From Phoronis australis (Eukaryota; Animalia; Phoronida): a DNA stretch of 64,000 nt. The stretch spans positions 1 to 64,000 of the forward strand of contig NMRA01000538.1 in the NCBI GenBank assembly GCA_002633005.1, in the 5' to 3' direction. The notes beneath the pieces were generated by a model. It saw only the letters and a program-made list of their open reading frames with translations. It was not told the DNA's origin and searched no databases. Shown in pieces: positions 39,082 through 51,997 of the stretch (position 1 is its first letter; each line of letters starts with the position of its first letter). A program made the position numbers and the translations under genes.

Positions 39082-39990
39082 CGGGAGAGTGGGGTAAAAC
39101 AGCACCCTTAACTTTAAAGATCCATTACCCAAAAAGTATACAATGTATGTACAATGAATTAATCATGTTCAAAGAGCTTACCTTGTAGTTTATGAAAAAC
39201 ATAATTTGTAGAATTAAAATTGCACCGTCTTGGCCCAAAACAAATTTGACTTTTTAAGGGGTGCTGGGCCGTTTTACCCTACCTTGCGGTTAAGACGGTC
39301 AGTGCATCTGGGTAAAATGGCCCTGCTACTACGAACACAGATTAAATGTAATCATCGATTTATACAACGAAATTTCATAACAAAAGTCTTTTTCTTCTTT
39401 ATTTTTAAATCATACATTATACAATATACGTTCTTAGCTTTTAAAAACTTAACATGACGAAACTGACAGTTGACATTTAATGTAGCAACTAAAAATAAAT
39501 TTTCCACCACGAGCAGTCGCTAGAGGCAGAGGTCACAGACGTAATCTTCGTTTTCGCTATCTACCCAGGCACATTGGTCATGAGCCCATTCTGGTCTTTA
39601 AATCTACGCTTCAGAGTAGTTCTCGGTACTCCAAACTGCCTTGCAGCAGTTTTACAGCCCATCTCTCTCCTCATCGCGGCTATTGCCTTCTCCAAGTCCT
39701 CCCTTTCCCACGCGTTTCTTAAAGACGTTCTTATATATTTCCGCGGCATTATCTACAAAACAAAACATTAAAAATTATTTCTGCTATCTATTAAATATGT
39801 ATGGGGTAAAACGGTCACCCTGTCCGTCTTATCCCACTACCCAGCTGTCCGTCTTATCCCACTACCCAGCTGTCCGTCTTATCCCACTACCCAGCTGTCC
39901 GTCTTACTCATTAATGATGTCACCACAATCAAGCATGCACCGAGAAAACTAGTTAAGGTCATTTTAAATTTTGTTGTCATTTTCTCCGAA
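39082..39990 (-). mobile_element. pogo/Tigger-like remnant (pipsqueak/CENP-B HTH) inserted at TA
   Basis: ORF 39749-39561 MPRKYIRTSLRNAWEREDLEKAIAAMRREMGCKTAARQFGVPRTTLKRR; TA|CGGGAGAGTGGGGTAAAAC end; 25-bp tandem repeat x3.4 at 39820-39906. Confidence 0.75.
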
Positions 39991-42044
39991 CGTTACGTTA
40001 TCGAGTAGAACTACTGGATCTAAATTGATACAAAATAGGTTGTTTTTGGGTGGCATGCTCCTTTAACGTACACACACTATACGCATTAACGCGCTAAAAT
40101 AAAGCGTGCAGAATATTATTATTTACTTTCTACAAAATTGTGGTGCATTGCTATCAAAATTCGTAGTTAAATTACGATCATTTTTCACAAAATTGTGCTG
40201 AAATCTCACCGACAAATGCGTAGCTGCCGGTCTCACAATCGTCGATAGGGCTTGAATTCTTGAATAATACAGCTTCGACTCAACAAATTACCTGAAATCC
40301 TCCTGAAGTTTTCCAGATATCGTCTCTAAGATTTTTAAGTTCTTGTGGAGTCTGGATTAACTGCAGATTAAGCCCAAATCTGCGCTAGATTGTAGCCCGC
40401 AACACGAGAAAAATCTCTGGAGGAACACACATGTTGTTGTCACGTGACACTTGTTTTGAAGTTTGTATACGTGTGTGTGTGTGAGTGAGAGTAAGCGTGC
40501 GTGTGCTTGTCATCAATGTTCATTTGCCAGAATAAATGCGATGTAATGATCTAGGTGTGCATTGTATCCAAAGAAATTAACTCAAGCAGTCAAGCAGAGC
40601 GTGTTTTAATATTTAGCTTAGCACTTGCTGGCCTCATCTGCTAAAAAACGTTCGAGAATTGTTTCGGTAAGACCGATATGTCACTCATTGAGTCGCCGGG
40701 TGAGTGGATGCGTGACCGCGAACAGCTATTTTCCAGAAGACTCTGGGTGTAAGGGTGCGAATGTGTTCACTATCAGTGAGTCATTTTGACTTTAAAAACA
40801 CCAATTATGATTAGTTAAATAATTTCTCTTAAAAATAATGCAAAAGTTTTTTACGGTATTAAAAACTTTCGGAAATTAGTGCCAATATTTATTTCTTGTC
40901 GATGCTATGTTACCCGTTTCATAAATCGATAGTTCCCGACTAAATGTCTTCGATGACAGCCGGTGTCACGTCTATGGCCGGTACATTATGCTGCGCGCGC
41001 TTCTTGGCTGTGCTAACACTGGTCGAGCTTTTTTATTAGTCTTCGATTCACGGTTTTCACTTGTACAAAGAAGTTTGAATTCCTGTTGAGGCCGGAGAAG
41101 ACGGGAAAGAAACAATGCAATCCCGCTAACAAGTACTTTGCGTCTGTTTTCAAAGTCCAGAGCCGCGTAGTGGGGCACATCCCTTGCAAGAGCAGCAAAA
41201 CTTTTGCGTTCTTTTTGAATCGCGGCGTAAGTTTGAAGTGTATACGGACATAACGGTAAGGCTCGTGGTCTACAAATTCAGGATTGTCGGATCTTTCAAT
41301 TGCTAAATTGGACACGTTAGAACTGTAGGTAAGGCATTTTTCGCATGTAGTTCATGGGCTGGGCGCTTACTTTAGCGAAGTCTTAAAACGCGTTGAGGCA
41401 CTTATTGGGGCATGGGCACTTATTAGGGCGAATAGCGGCAGAATTACATACAGCAGCGTAGTTTAATGCACACAAATCATACGTCGTGCAAACCAATCGG
41501 CCATTCCACATACCCTAATCATGATCCCAATAGCCTTTGCGCACCCTAATTTCCGGACATGCGTAATCGTTAAATCGATTCGGTTGCAACTCCGCTATTG
41601 TCACTGTATTATCACCGTTGATTTTCAGACCCCAAAACTGTCACGATTACCTAGGCAGAGACGAGGTCATTGTCTCATTTTGGGGAAAGTAGGCAATAGT
41701 TTTACCATACGATTACATACGCTTAGTAATTCATGGAACGAGACTATGTTTCGATTTTCGATCGTATGTTCATCGCGCATCAGTCAGCTACCCAAAACGG
41801 TATGGAAAGACGTATGAAAAAACTTTCAGGAAATGCTCGGAATGGACAAAGGATCAATCGATTACATTTTGGGAAAGATATCATATTTGGGGTTCCTGAA
41901 ACGGTTGTTTTCAACATAGAAAAATCGACCGTTGTCACTTGATTGCAAGCTGATGGAATGAGCATTCAAAATTGCGAATTATTGACATCGAAATATTGGC
42001 CGCTGTGAGTTAATAATTACGAGATGTACCCATATCATACAATA

Positions 42045-45000
42045 ATTTATGATCGACATAACTATGTCCCGAACAATAGATAAATGATTCATGCGTCGCA
42101 AGCTCGTTACCAGAGATGAAAAGGAGACCGAGGTAGGAGATATAAAGTCATTTATTATGACTAATACAATTACAATATAATGACTACAGATAAGTAACAT
42201 AAAAATGGTAATCTCTGCTAAGATGGGCAATAAAAAAGCGCCGGCCACGAGGAAGTACGAGAGAATGACGAAAACTGGAAGGTGGAACGTGGGAAAAATT
42301 AATAAGTTTTAAACGTACGACAATGTGGTAGGAACAAAGGTGAACTAAAAGCGAGGTTACAATAGCAAAGAAAAACGCCTAAGGACACGTGACAATCATC
42401 AGCCTATGAGAGCCAAGAGCTGACCAAACTAGAGGCACGTGATAACAACAGACCAATACAAAGGCTGGGAAAACGACTCCTACACAAAGGAATGATGGAA
42501 TAGACCGAAATGAGGGGAGACAGGAGTAAGACGGGTCCATATGCTCACATAAATATATTTAACCAGTGAAATACCATTTATGATCGACATATGTCCCGAA
42601 TAAAATGATAAGTGCGTCGCAAGCTCGTTACCAGAGATAGAAAGGAGACCGAGGTAGGCGATATAAGGTCATTTATTATGACTAATACAATTACAATATA
42701 ATGAATACAGATAAGTAACATAAAAATGATAATCTCTGGTAAGATGGGCAAGAAAAAAGCGCCACAAGAGATGTTGTAAGACAGCTCATGCCCATCCACA
42801 GGGACGCACGAAAGGAGATATGAAAGGAAAAATGTGCTGGACTACTTACAAATGCTGTCAGCCGGATACCCAACCCTAACTCTGGGTGCCAAACCGGAGG
42901 GGGGTTACGATTGCCCAGGGCTGGAACAGGTGCCGGTGTTGTCTCACCCCGTGTCGTGGCGGGAAGAAATCGATATTGGTAACAAAAAAGGTCTAAAGAA
43001 ACAAATATAAAAACGAAAAGGTAAGCTAGTAGTGAAAACCAAGAAACATAAAAGGATTGATACGGAAATGCAAATGAAATTGAAGAGAAACTAAAAAATA
43101 AAATACAAATTACAATAGAATCAAAACGACTAACAGAGAATAACAAAATAGCTAACATAATAGAAATAAAGCTAACAATAATGTAACGAAAGGAGGTAGA
43201 TCAACAAGTTAAGGGTAAATGAAACAAAGTACATCCAGAGTCCTAACAAAATGGCTAACAGGGATACGGAGTGGTAAGGTAACCGAAGAAATAAAAATAC
43301 AAAATAAACTACGAATGAGACTAACAATGTACGGAGACGAAGGGGATGGTGTTAATGGTGAAGAAGCAGGCAATACTGACACTAGGGATGGGAGTGGGGG
43401 GTGCAGGAAAACGGACCAGGACAGGGAAGAGGCGCAGGCAATACGGACACCAGTGGGAGGTGCAGGCAATACTGACACCTGAGAGGAGGGAAAGGGTGGT
43501 GTGGGGAAGGACGGGGATGCGGGAGACAAGGGATGTGAATTTTATGGAAAATCAGGGACGAGGTGGGGGGAAAACTGACATGCGCATGTAGCCCTTGACG
43601 GCTCAGATTTACAGCGGCCCATGCGTTGGATGATAGGCTCCGGGATGCTGGAGGTGAAATGCTGGACAATGCGGGAGTATGCGCGAATAGTAGCGGGAGA
43701 GAGACGAGGAGAGGGGGTGGTCTAGAATGTGAGGAGGACCGATGGTATGGGGGTAGGGGTCCGGCCGAGCCACGGAGCCATTGAGAAGGCGTCCTGAAAT
43801 TGAAAACGAGAGCGACAATCAGCGACAAAGTGGGATGATCCGGGAACATGTTTAGCACGAACAAAGATGTTGAGGCGAAGGCAGGAGACGACGAGACGGC
43901 GGACAAGTCGCCTAATGTCCTTGTTGACCCATGAAGATTTCTTGATGATCTCGACCAAGGTTGAGTTGTCGCACTTGAAAAGGAGGCGGTGGTTGGCGAG
44001 TTTGTGACCCCAAAGCTCGATGGAGAGGACAATTGGTAAGAGTTCCTCGAAGGTGATGTGGAGGTCAGATGGAGACGGAGGCCAGTGGCCCGAGATCGAT
44101 TGGGAGCCAAGGATTGCAACAAAACCACCATGAACCGAAGCGTGTAGAACTTGATGGATGGAGACGAAACCTACCTGTCGAAGAGAAGAAGGGATTTACC
44201 GTTGAAGTGCTGGAGAAAGAGGAGCCAAGCGCGGATGTCAACGCGGGCCACCTTGTTGAGTGTAACGTGGTGGTGAGGACGGTAATGCCCTTTGGTGAGG
44301 TCAATGAGGCGGCAGAGAATGGCACGGCCCGGCATGATGACCAAGCACGCGAAGTTGAGGAAGCCGATGAGTGATTGCATGTCGCGGAGCGTGACTGTGC
44401 GCTTACGTTGGAAGTTGCGGAGCAGCTCCCTGGCCTTGTCGAGCTTGTCCTTGGGCAGAGACGCAGACATGGTAGAGGTGTTGAGATGAATGCCGAATAG
44501 AGTGAGGGATGTTGTGGGAGGTATAGTTTTGTCCCGGTTTATCGGGACACCAATGGAGGAACAGAGTTGAAGGAAATTGTTGAGATTCTAGGAACACCTG
44601 AGGGATTGGGGTGACCAATGAAGAAAAAGTCGTCGAGCAGATGACAAGTACCGGACGCCGGGAATTTGGATTCCATAATCCACTGGAGGGATGTGTTGAC
44701 GCGTTTAAATATGTTGCAAGAAGCTAGGTCAAAAGGAAGGCACCAGTCATAGTTGAACTGACCGTCCCAGGTGAAACCCAAGAATTTGTAGTCGGAGGGG
44801 TGATCAGGCACCAGGCGGAAAGCGTCTTGGATGTCGGTCTTGGCCATGAGAGAGTTGCGGCAAAAGGAAAATATGGAGTTGATTGCCGTTTGGACTTATT
44901 GGTACTGTACCTCGGTGAGATGAGGGGGTATGAAGGCGTTGACGGAGTGGTGGTCGCGGGATGGGTAGGAAAGGTTATGGATTTGTTGGGCTCCTTTTTC

Positions 45001-46055
45001 GGGATGAAACCCAGGGGGGACACAACGAAATGGGGAAAGGAAGGTGGAGAGAAAGGACCTGCGTAACGAGACGCGGAAGTCTCCTTGGTGATTTTCTAGA
45101 GAATGAGGGCGGGGTTAGAAATGGCGGAGGGGTGATTATGAGGGGGAGGTAACGGGAAGGTGGAGGTGACACCGAGGCGGAAACCATGAGTGAATCCGTC
45201 CAGGATGTAGTGAGAAAGAGATGGGTCGTAATCTCGGAGTTAAGCCCTAAAGGAGTCTCCGTTTATTGGGGTGGGAATGGGCTGTGGAGGAGGGATGTTT
45301 GCGGCAAGATTTGAGGGGGTGCTTGCCGTTACAGGACGAACAGGAGTGGAGGTAAGGACACTGGCCGGATGTTTGGGGCATATGTTGGAGTTGTACGACC
45401 AGCATTAGCCAGGGACTCGGGGGGAGGAAGGGGGTCGAGAGGAGGGCTGTTGGGACCTGAGGGAGGTTTGANTGTTGGGCTCCTTTTTCGGGAAGAGACC
45501 CAGGGGGGACACAACGAAATGGGGAAAGGAAGGTGGAGAGAAAGGACCTGCGTAACGAGACGCGGAAGTCTCCTTGGTGATTTTCTGGAGAATGAGGGCG
45601 GGGTTAGAAATGGCGGAGGGGTGATTATGAGGGGGAGGTAACGGGAAGGTGGAGGTAACACCGAGGCGGAAACCATGAGTGAATCCGTCCAGGATGTAGT
45701 GAGAAAGAGATGGGTCGTAATCTCGGAGTTAAGCCCTAAAGGAGTCTCCGTTTATTGGGGTGGGAATGGGCTGTGGAGGAGGGATGTTTGCGGCAAGATT
45801 TGAGGGGGTGCTTGCCGTTACAGGACGAACAGGAGTGGAGGTAAGGACACTGGCCGGATGTTTGGGGCATATGTTGGAGTTGTACGACCAGCATTAGCCA
45901 GGGACTCGGGGGGAGGAAGGGGGTCGAGAGGAGGGCTGTTGGGACCTGAGGGAGGTTTGAACCCACAGCTACTGATTGACAGTGTGCCAGGGGGTTGGGG
46001 TAGAGGAACGAAGTTTGCGAAATTGCAGGTCGTAACACATGGCATGTTGGAACTG
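42045..46055 (-). mobile_element. Tyrosine-recombinase retrotransposon (Ngaro/DIRS-like), 5'-truncated, YR mostly deleted
   Basis: gag-end CPYLHSCSSCNGKHP; RT MAKTDIQDAFRL..LPF..HLLDDFFFIG; RNase H LFKCDNS..HVPGSSHFVADCRSR; YR tail IPEPIIQRMGRCKS/GYMRM at about 43580-43650; about 195-bp direct repeats 42047-42244 and 42577-42764. Confidence 0.9.
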
Positions 46056-46061
46056 ACACAA

Positions 46062-48726
46062 AGTGTGTCTCATTAGATGCAATTTGGAATGTATTTTAAG
46101 TGTTCGTGAGTGCAAATGATTTGAGAAGCCAGCAATGAATAAATCACTGCGTTAAAGGAGCATTCCACCCAAAAAAACAACCCATTGTGTATCAATTTAG
46201 ATCGAGTAGTTCTACTTGATAACGGCACGTTCAGTTGCGTTACCTGACACCTGACGGCAGACGGAGGTGTTGAAATTATCCAATGACGTAATTGGTTTCA
46301 CACGCAGTCTGTTCAGCAGTTCACAACACGGGTTACTGGTGTCAGCTTATCGCTTCAATTCATCGTTTAACACCAATAAATCATCAAACTTCGATGTAAA
46401 ACCCTTAAAATACACCGAGTTCTTATAAAAACGTGTTGTTTTATTTCGCTGTTACCGTGATTTATTGTTATTTGGACACACGGTAACCTACAAAGTGCGG
46501 CAGGCCAATTTACCGCAGAGCTAGCAGGAGTTTGGTGTCTGTTCGGAGATAAATTCGAAGTATTCTCCAGTGAAATACAGACAGGAGAACCTCGAACTGT
46601 GTTGTTTAGACTTATGATTTTTTAAGTTCTAAACACACAAAACGCCTGTTATCCCTACCAGTGACTCTTAACCCGATCAGGCCCGTCGAGGCCGGGCTGA
46701 CTCGTTATCCCCGGGCGGCCAATGGCTCGGAACCCGATCAGGCCGGTCGCTGCCGCCAGGACTGGCACGAACATAAACGAGCTTGAGTTTTAAACTAAGC
46801 CTCCAGTCAGGAAAAGACTATAATAGTGAGCCAAAGAAATAATAGAAATTAGTCACAAAACTGAAAATCTACTTACTTGTCGGGGGCCGCTAAGTCGGGC
46901 TACCCTGCCACTAACCGTCAGGGCAAAGGTTGTACAGTAACAATAACTTGAATAATGTATTTATATTTCTAAATAAAGATTCCCCTAACATGTGACTATA
47001 GCATATAAAATAGAGTAATTGTTTCACAACAGCTTTCTGTCAGCAAACACTGAATTAGCATGCGCTCACACACCCTCGGTGCCCGGTCAATTACCTTTAT
47101 TGCCGGCATCAAAAGCCGATAACGCCGTGGTTTATTCATTGCTGGCTTCTCAACATTTGCACTCAAGAATACTGCAAAGGCATTACAAATTGTATCTAAT
47201 TAGGAAGACTTTCTTTCAGTGTTATATAAGCATTGGCTAGGATGAGAATAATTCATTTTGAAACAGAACGCAGAATAATACTAACGTCTACATGGCATCT
47301 CGCCCGGCGTCAATCCCGACTTAGTCAAGAGCTCACGGACGAAGACTTCACGGGTCGGATCTTCAGGTTTCACAGGCTATCAATTCGAACCGGAATACAC
47401 TGATCAAGGAATACGAGAGAGCTGCCGTGAACAAGCACAGGCAACGGAACGTATGGGTAGTTCTTTGGTGAGCCGGAATTCGTCAGAGAAATCACTGTCG
47501 ACGAAATGCCGGCCACAGACACGGGGATGATTCACAGCCCCAACCTTTCATTCTTCACTACAACGAGCCATTTCCTAAGCATTTCGGGCTCTCGGGGAAG
47601 TCGAAAAAACGATATACCCGCTTTCTTCGCAGCTTCATAGTTCGTACAAGCGGGAACGATGCACCACGATGTAGCGGCATTCACTCTGCAGGCGAACCAC
47701 TGACGTCACTGCGTCGTTTCTCACCTTCCTCACAGGTGAACGTGACACCACACGGCAAGGTGAGTTCTACCGCATAAAAGGCGGTGTGCATATAGACCAA
47801 TTAGGACAGTAAAAAGACTAATTAAATCGGGTGGCATTCTCCTTTAACGGCTTTATATGTAAAAACTAATTGACGGCCGGGGCACCGAGGCCGTGTGAGC
47901 TCATCACTTATTAAGTGTTTGCTGACAGAAACTGTTGTGAAACAATTTGATTTCTATACCACGGCCAGGTGTTAGGGAATCTTTATTTACATTTACATTA
48001 TTCAAATAATGATTGCCAATGTTAAACTTCTGCCGCGACGGTTCTGCGGCCAAAGCGGAACCTGACTTCGCGGCCCACGACGAGTAAGTAGATTTGCAGT
48101 TTCGTGGCTAATTCTCCAAAATAATCACGTGCACTTTACTTCTTTGGCTCACTAGTATTTCGTGACTGGAAGTTTAGTTTCCAACTTTGGATGGTTTATG
48201 TTCGTGATGTCTGATCGGCTTCCGAGCCACTGGCCAGGATAACAATCGTTTTGTGTGTTTAGAACTCAAAAAAAAAACAAGACTAAACAACACAGATCTA
48301 GGCTCTCCTGTCTGTATCTCACGGAAAAATACGTAGATTTTATCTCCGAACAGACCCCAGACTCCTGCTACGGACCTTATTAGCCTGCCGAACTTTGTGT
48401 GTCCAAACACCAATAAATGAGTATCCGTAACAGCGAAATAAAACAACACGTTTTTATAAGAACTCGGTATATTTTCAAGGGTTTTACATCGAAGTTTGAT
48501 GATTTATTGGTGTTAAACGATGAATTCAAGCAATAAGCTGACATCAGTAACCAGTGTTGTGAACAGCTGAACAGACTGCGTGTGAAACCAATTACGTCAT
48601 TGGATAATTTTAGGACCTCCGTCTGCCGTCAGGTGTCAGGTAACGCAACCGTACGTGCCGTTACCAAGTAGAACTACTCGATTTAAATTGATACAAATTA
48701 GGTTGTTTTTTGGGTGGCACGCTCCT
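46062..48726 (+). mobile_element. Kolobok family B copy 3 (left part lost), host of copy 4
   Basis: 46062-46151 and 47848-48726 are colinear with B copies; right end ..GGGTGGCACGCTCCT|TTAA (48727-48730). Confidence 0.85.
46156..47843 (-). mobile_element. Kolobok family B copy 4, full-length non-autonomous (1688 bp)
   Basis: TTAA TSD (46152-46155, 47844-47847); ends AGGAGCATTCCACCC and GGGTGGCATTCTCCT; reverse complement of the B consensus. Confidence 0.9.
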
Positions 48727-48730
48727 TTAA

Positions 48731-49470
48731 ATACTGAAAAAAACAAAGTTGTAAAGACTCACATTGTTTAGCAATGTATCGCTAACCTTAATAAGTTAGG
48801 TAAATATAACCATATCACAGTTGCCTGGACGTCTGGACACATTGGTATCCAGGGTAATGAGGCAGCTGATCGACTAGCCAAACTCAGTTCAGAAATTGAA
48901 TTGCAAGGTTCTGAAACCATATTACCTGTTCTTTTGCTGCCTGTGTTTTAAGAATAAGGGATTGGTCATTAAAACTATGGAAAACATCTTGGACTAACTT
49001 AAGTGGCTGTAGAAGAATAAGAGACCTGGGTAACTTTCAGTCTAATTGCCACTAAGCTTTTGAGTCTGACCAGGACTCAGCTGCAGTTGGTAATGCACGT
49101 GATAACAGGTCACTGTAACCTGCAGAAACATAAGAAAACAACAGGTCGAACAACAGATTGTTGCTGCCCGAAATGCTGGATGGAAGATGAAACAGAACAC
49201 TATGTTGGTCGGTCTTTCACTTACCAAAGCATTAGAAAACAATGCTTTGAAAGTAAAGCAGTTTCAGTGAAACCTGTCATTTCTAACAAAAACATAAAAA
49301 CGCTATTGTAAAATTCCTCAAGCAACCTGGTAGGCTTGCTGAGTATGAGCACGGTGTCTGTTGCAATGGGCCTGTAGAAGGCCTAAGTAACGTGTCGGCC
49401 TTTCTGTTCTGCTGCCTTTATTTCGCGAAATTCGAACACCACTGTTCCATTATCATTATTATTATTATTT
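48731..49470 (+). mobile_element. Non-LTR retrotransposon 3' fragment with RNase H and zinc knuckle (LOA/R1/I/Proto-like)
   Basis: VAWTSGHIGIQGNEAADRLAK (about 48820-48885); LVMHVITGHCNLQKH..CPKCWMEDETEH; (ATT)n tail at about 49448-49470. Confidence 0.8.
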
Positions 49471-49484
49471 ATTTATACATGCAC

Positions 49485-49508
49485 ACACTCACACAAACAC
49501 GCACACAT

Positions 49509-49560
<52 letters not shown>

Positions 49561-49596
49561 NGATTTATATACGCACACACACACACACACGCACAC
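49485..49596. repeat. (CA)n microsatellite
   Basis: Directly visible; contains a single n. Confidence 0.95.
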
Positions 49597-50242
49597 TTAA
49601 CTAGGCAATTAAATGCATGAGTTAGTTAACTAGTTAACTCGTCATTGATAATTGCAGAAGAAAGCACAATAGTCATTAGAAAGAGACAACGTTATTTTGA
49701 ACACTTGTGTAGTAGCGATTAAAGGTTAATACTACAGATAACAGTTGATTGCTCAGAAATAGAATTTAAAAAAACCTTGGCAACAGGCACTCATTGCACA
49801 AATGAATTATTAAAAAACAATTGAACACAGCAATAATGTTTTGCTTCCACACGCGCACACATTTAGTTACGCAAGTACGAGTTGTTTTTTGAAAATTTTT
49901 TAAACGGCATGTTAGTAGAGTCTGAACATTTCATTTATAATTGCAGAACAGACACTCAGAAATTTGTCACTTCGTTCTTTAAAATGCTGGGACATGATTT
50001 TAACTTCCAAAGTGTCTTGTTGAAAAACTCTTCACATATAGTTTGATAGGAGCTGAAAAGATATCAGAGGTCAGAATATTCCCGGCATCCAGCCAGGGCG
50101 ACAGGTCGGTGCGTATGAATAATAACCAGTATAATTGTCGGATATGTTGACAAATTTTGCCGAAAAATCGCTGGTTGTCTGTAACCGTACCTAAAGAGTC
50201 TCGCTTGATGAAAAAATGACAAAATAAAAGTGAAAGTATGTT

Positions 50243-50393
50243 TGATCAAAACTCAGTCAAGCAGACAACCGGAAATTCAGAGGCAGTGCAAACTCTCGCG
50301 GCTAGTCCCGTGAAATCTCGGGGTCACAAGCTCTAACAATGGAATACACAGGTCACGTGCGGGAGTTGGCATTTCATTTCTAAAATTCTATGC
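50243..50393 (+). repeat. Dispersed repeat shared with 61862-61970
   Basis: Shared GATCAAAAC..AGCAGACAAC.GGAAATTCA..AAACTCTCGCGGCTA..GGTCACGTGCGG.AGTTGGCATT. Confidence 0.7.
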
Positions 50394-51328
50394 TTAGAGG
50401 AAATTGACCCCGCTCAGTCTACCGTCCACACTTCACACCCTACACCATGCGACAAATATGGCGCAAAATAATTAGACAGGTTTTCCTCCACACTACGACT
50501 TGCTCTGGGGCAAGTTATCCTAGAATAAATTACCCTGTCTCGGTAAGATGAGGCAAGTTGTCACGCATGTGTCCAGTTACCCATGCGCAAGTAGCGTCCA
50601 AACTACTACTAAACCTTGTGACAACTCGTTCCAACATGTTCTAGAGTAACTCATGGTGCGTACCGGTAAGCTATGTCGGAAGCTGGTGGCACGGCGTCAG
50701 CTTAGGTGTCAGGGGACGTGTAACAATCATTCATAACCCGAGCCTACACGGGCCACGTTAATGAATTGTGCGCAAATTTAAGTCGAAGTTACGACCGCGC
50801 ACACCCAGCGGGGCGAGCACGGGAGGCTGCCCATTTGGCGAAGTGGGCAAAAAGATCCGCATCAGAGAAACAAAAACTCTGAAAAAGTAGAAGACGAGAC
50901 AAAAGTCCACTAAAAAGGACTAGCAAAATTCTGCGAATGCACAATTTATAGCTCTGAAAGTACCCCGTGAGTCTTAGTAAAATGTCCACATTCTCAAAAA
51001 TTCGAGCTCACTCATTGACGCAAGGAATGGACCGACGATTTTTGATAAAACAGACGCATGGTATATGACGTGCCGTTTTCTTGCTCCTAACATTTAATTC
51101 CACAAGCTGCAAACCTCTTTCCCAAGCGACCTGTACAGTACACGATGTCGTCTGCCTCGTAGACCACCGGCAAAATACGTTAAACAAACATGCAATTTAA
51201 CAACATGCATGAAGCAAAAAGTTTGTACTACATTAAAAATGGATTTAAATTCGCGAATTAAATGTTTTGGAAGGTATAGTAAGAGATAAGTATTATAATT
51301 TAAATATATTTTATATAATATACAGCAG

Positions 51329-51456
51329 GAGAGGACTGTGCCGACCTCTACAAAAAAGGCATCAAGCAAAGCGGTGTTTACAACATCACCCCAACTGATG
51401 GACTTGGCAAGATGACGGTGTACTGTGACATGTGGACCGACGGAGGCGGTTGGACG
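51329..51456 (+). CDS. PAN-FReD exon 2 (start of fibrinogen C-terminal domain)
   Basis: GEDCADLYKKGIKQSGVYNITPTDGLGKMTVYCDMWTDGGGWT; tandem acceptor tacag/cag (alternative start 51326); donor gtagga, phase 0. Confidence 0.95.
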
Positions 51457-51799
51457 GTAGGATATCAAAGCAACCAACACATTCTTTAGGCAGTCATTGT
51501 CTAATAAAGTATTACCAATGCCTGCCTAAACAGTGAACCAGGCTGTTGTCAGTTAAACTGTATACAGATTCAGTCTGGCTCTAAGTGTTTGTTCAGCTAG
51601 CCCAAACGACCCACTTCCGTCCTGCTTTTCCACATTACATTCAGCTTTTCCCCAATATACTCGTTGTCAAGATTTGGGGTCCTAACCTCGCCCATCACTG
51701 CACTCTTTTGATGTGAGGTAACCATTCTGTGGCCCATGTCACCGCGTTTACATCGGCTTTAAAGGAATCCTGGTAGACTGCTGAGAGACTGAAGTCACA

Positions 51800-51997
51800 A
51801 CTTCTATGGTTGAACCGCGGCTAACAACAAGGGTTCAGAAGAAACGCAGTGGTTGGATTTATGAAGTCTAAATAAAACGATGATCCTGATGATGTCTCAT
51901 GAAAAGACGAAAACGTTGAATTGAACATGAACTTTTTTATTTGTGCGGCGATTGTCCGGGTTTTGATCTTATTTTGGCCAAAAACTGATTTAATTCA
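51800..51997 (+). mobile_element. Penelope-like element 3' end with hammerhead-like core
   Basis: CTGATGA (51886) TGTCT..AGAC GAAAACGTTG followed by TATTTGTGCGGCGAT..AAAACTGATTTAATT, as at 20750-20947; left boundary approximate. Confidence 0.55.

Larger units (their letters stand above)
37642..40062 (+). mobile_element. Kolobok family B derivative, copy 2, with two nested insertions
   Basis: TTAA on both sides (37638-37641, 40063-40066); 15-bp TIR AGGAG(A/C)ATGCCACCC; THAP-like + frame (LRKWFAVVKNE..LRACGRHFVDS) and convergent minus frame GYQFEPEYTDQEI. Confidence 0.88.

Noticed and set aside
39820-39906. CRISPR-like array (also 53811-53924)
   Set aside because: Contiguous tandem units without spacers, inside eukaryotic TEs, with no cas genes.
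44985-45960. About 490-bp direct repeat in the Ngaro element that looks like an LTR
   Set aside because: It lies in coding sequence, is near-identical and is separated by a single n (45472): contig-overlap artefact.
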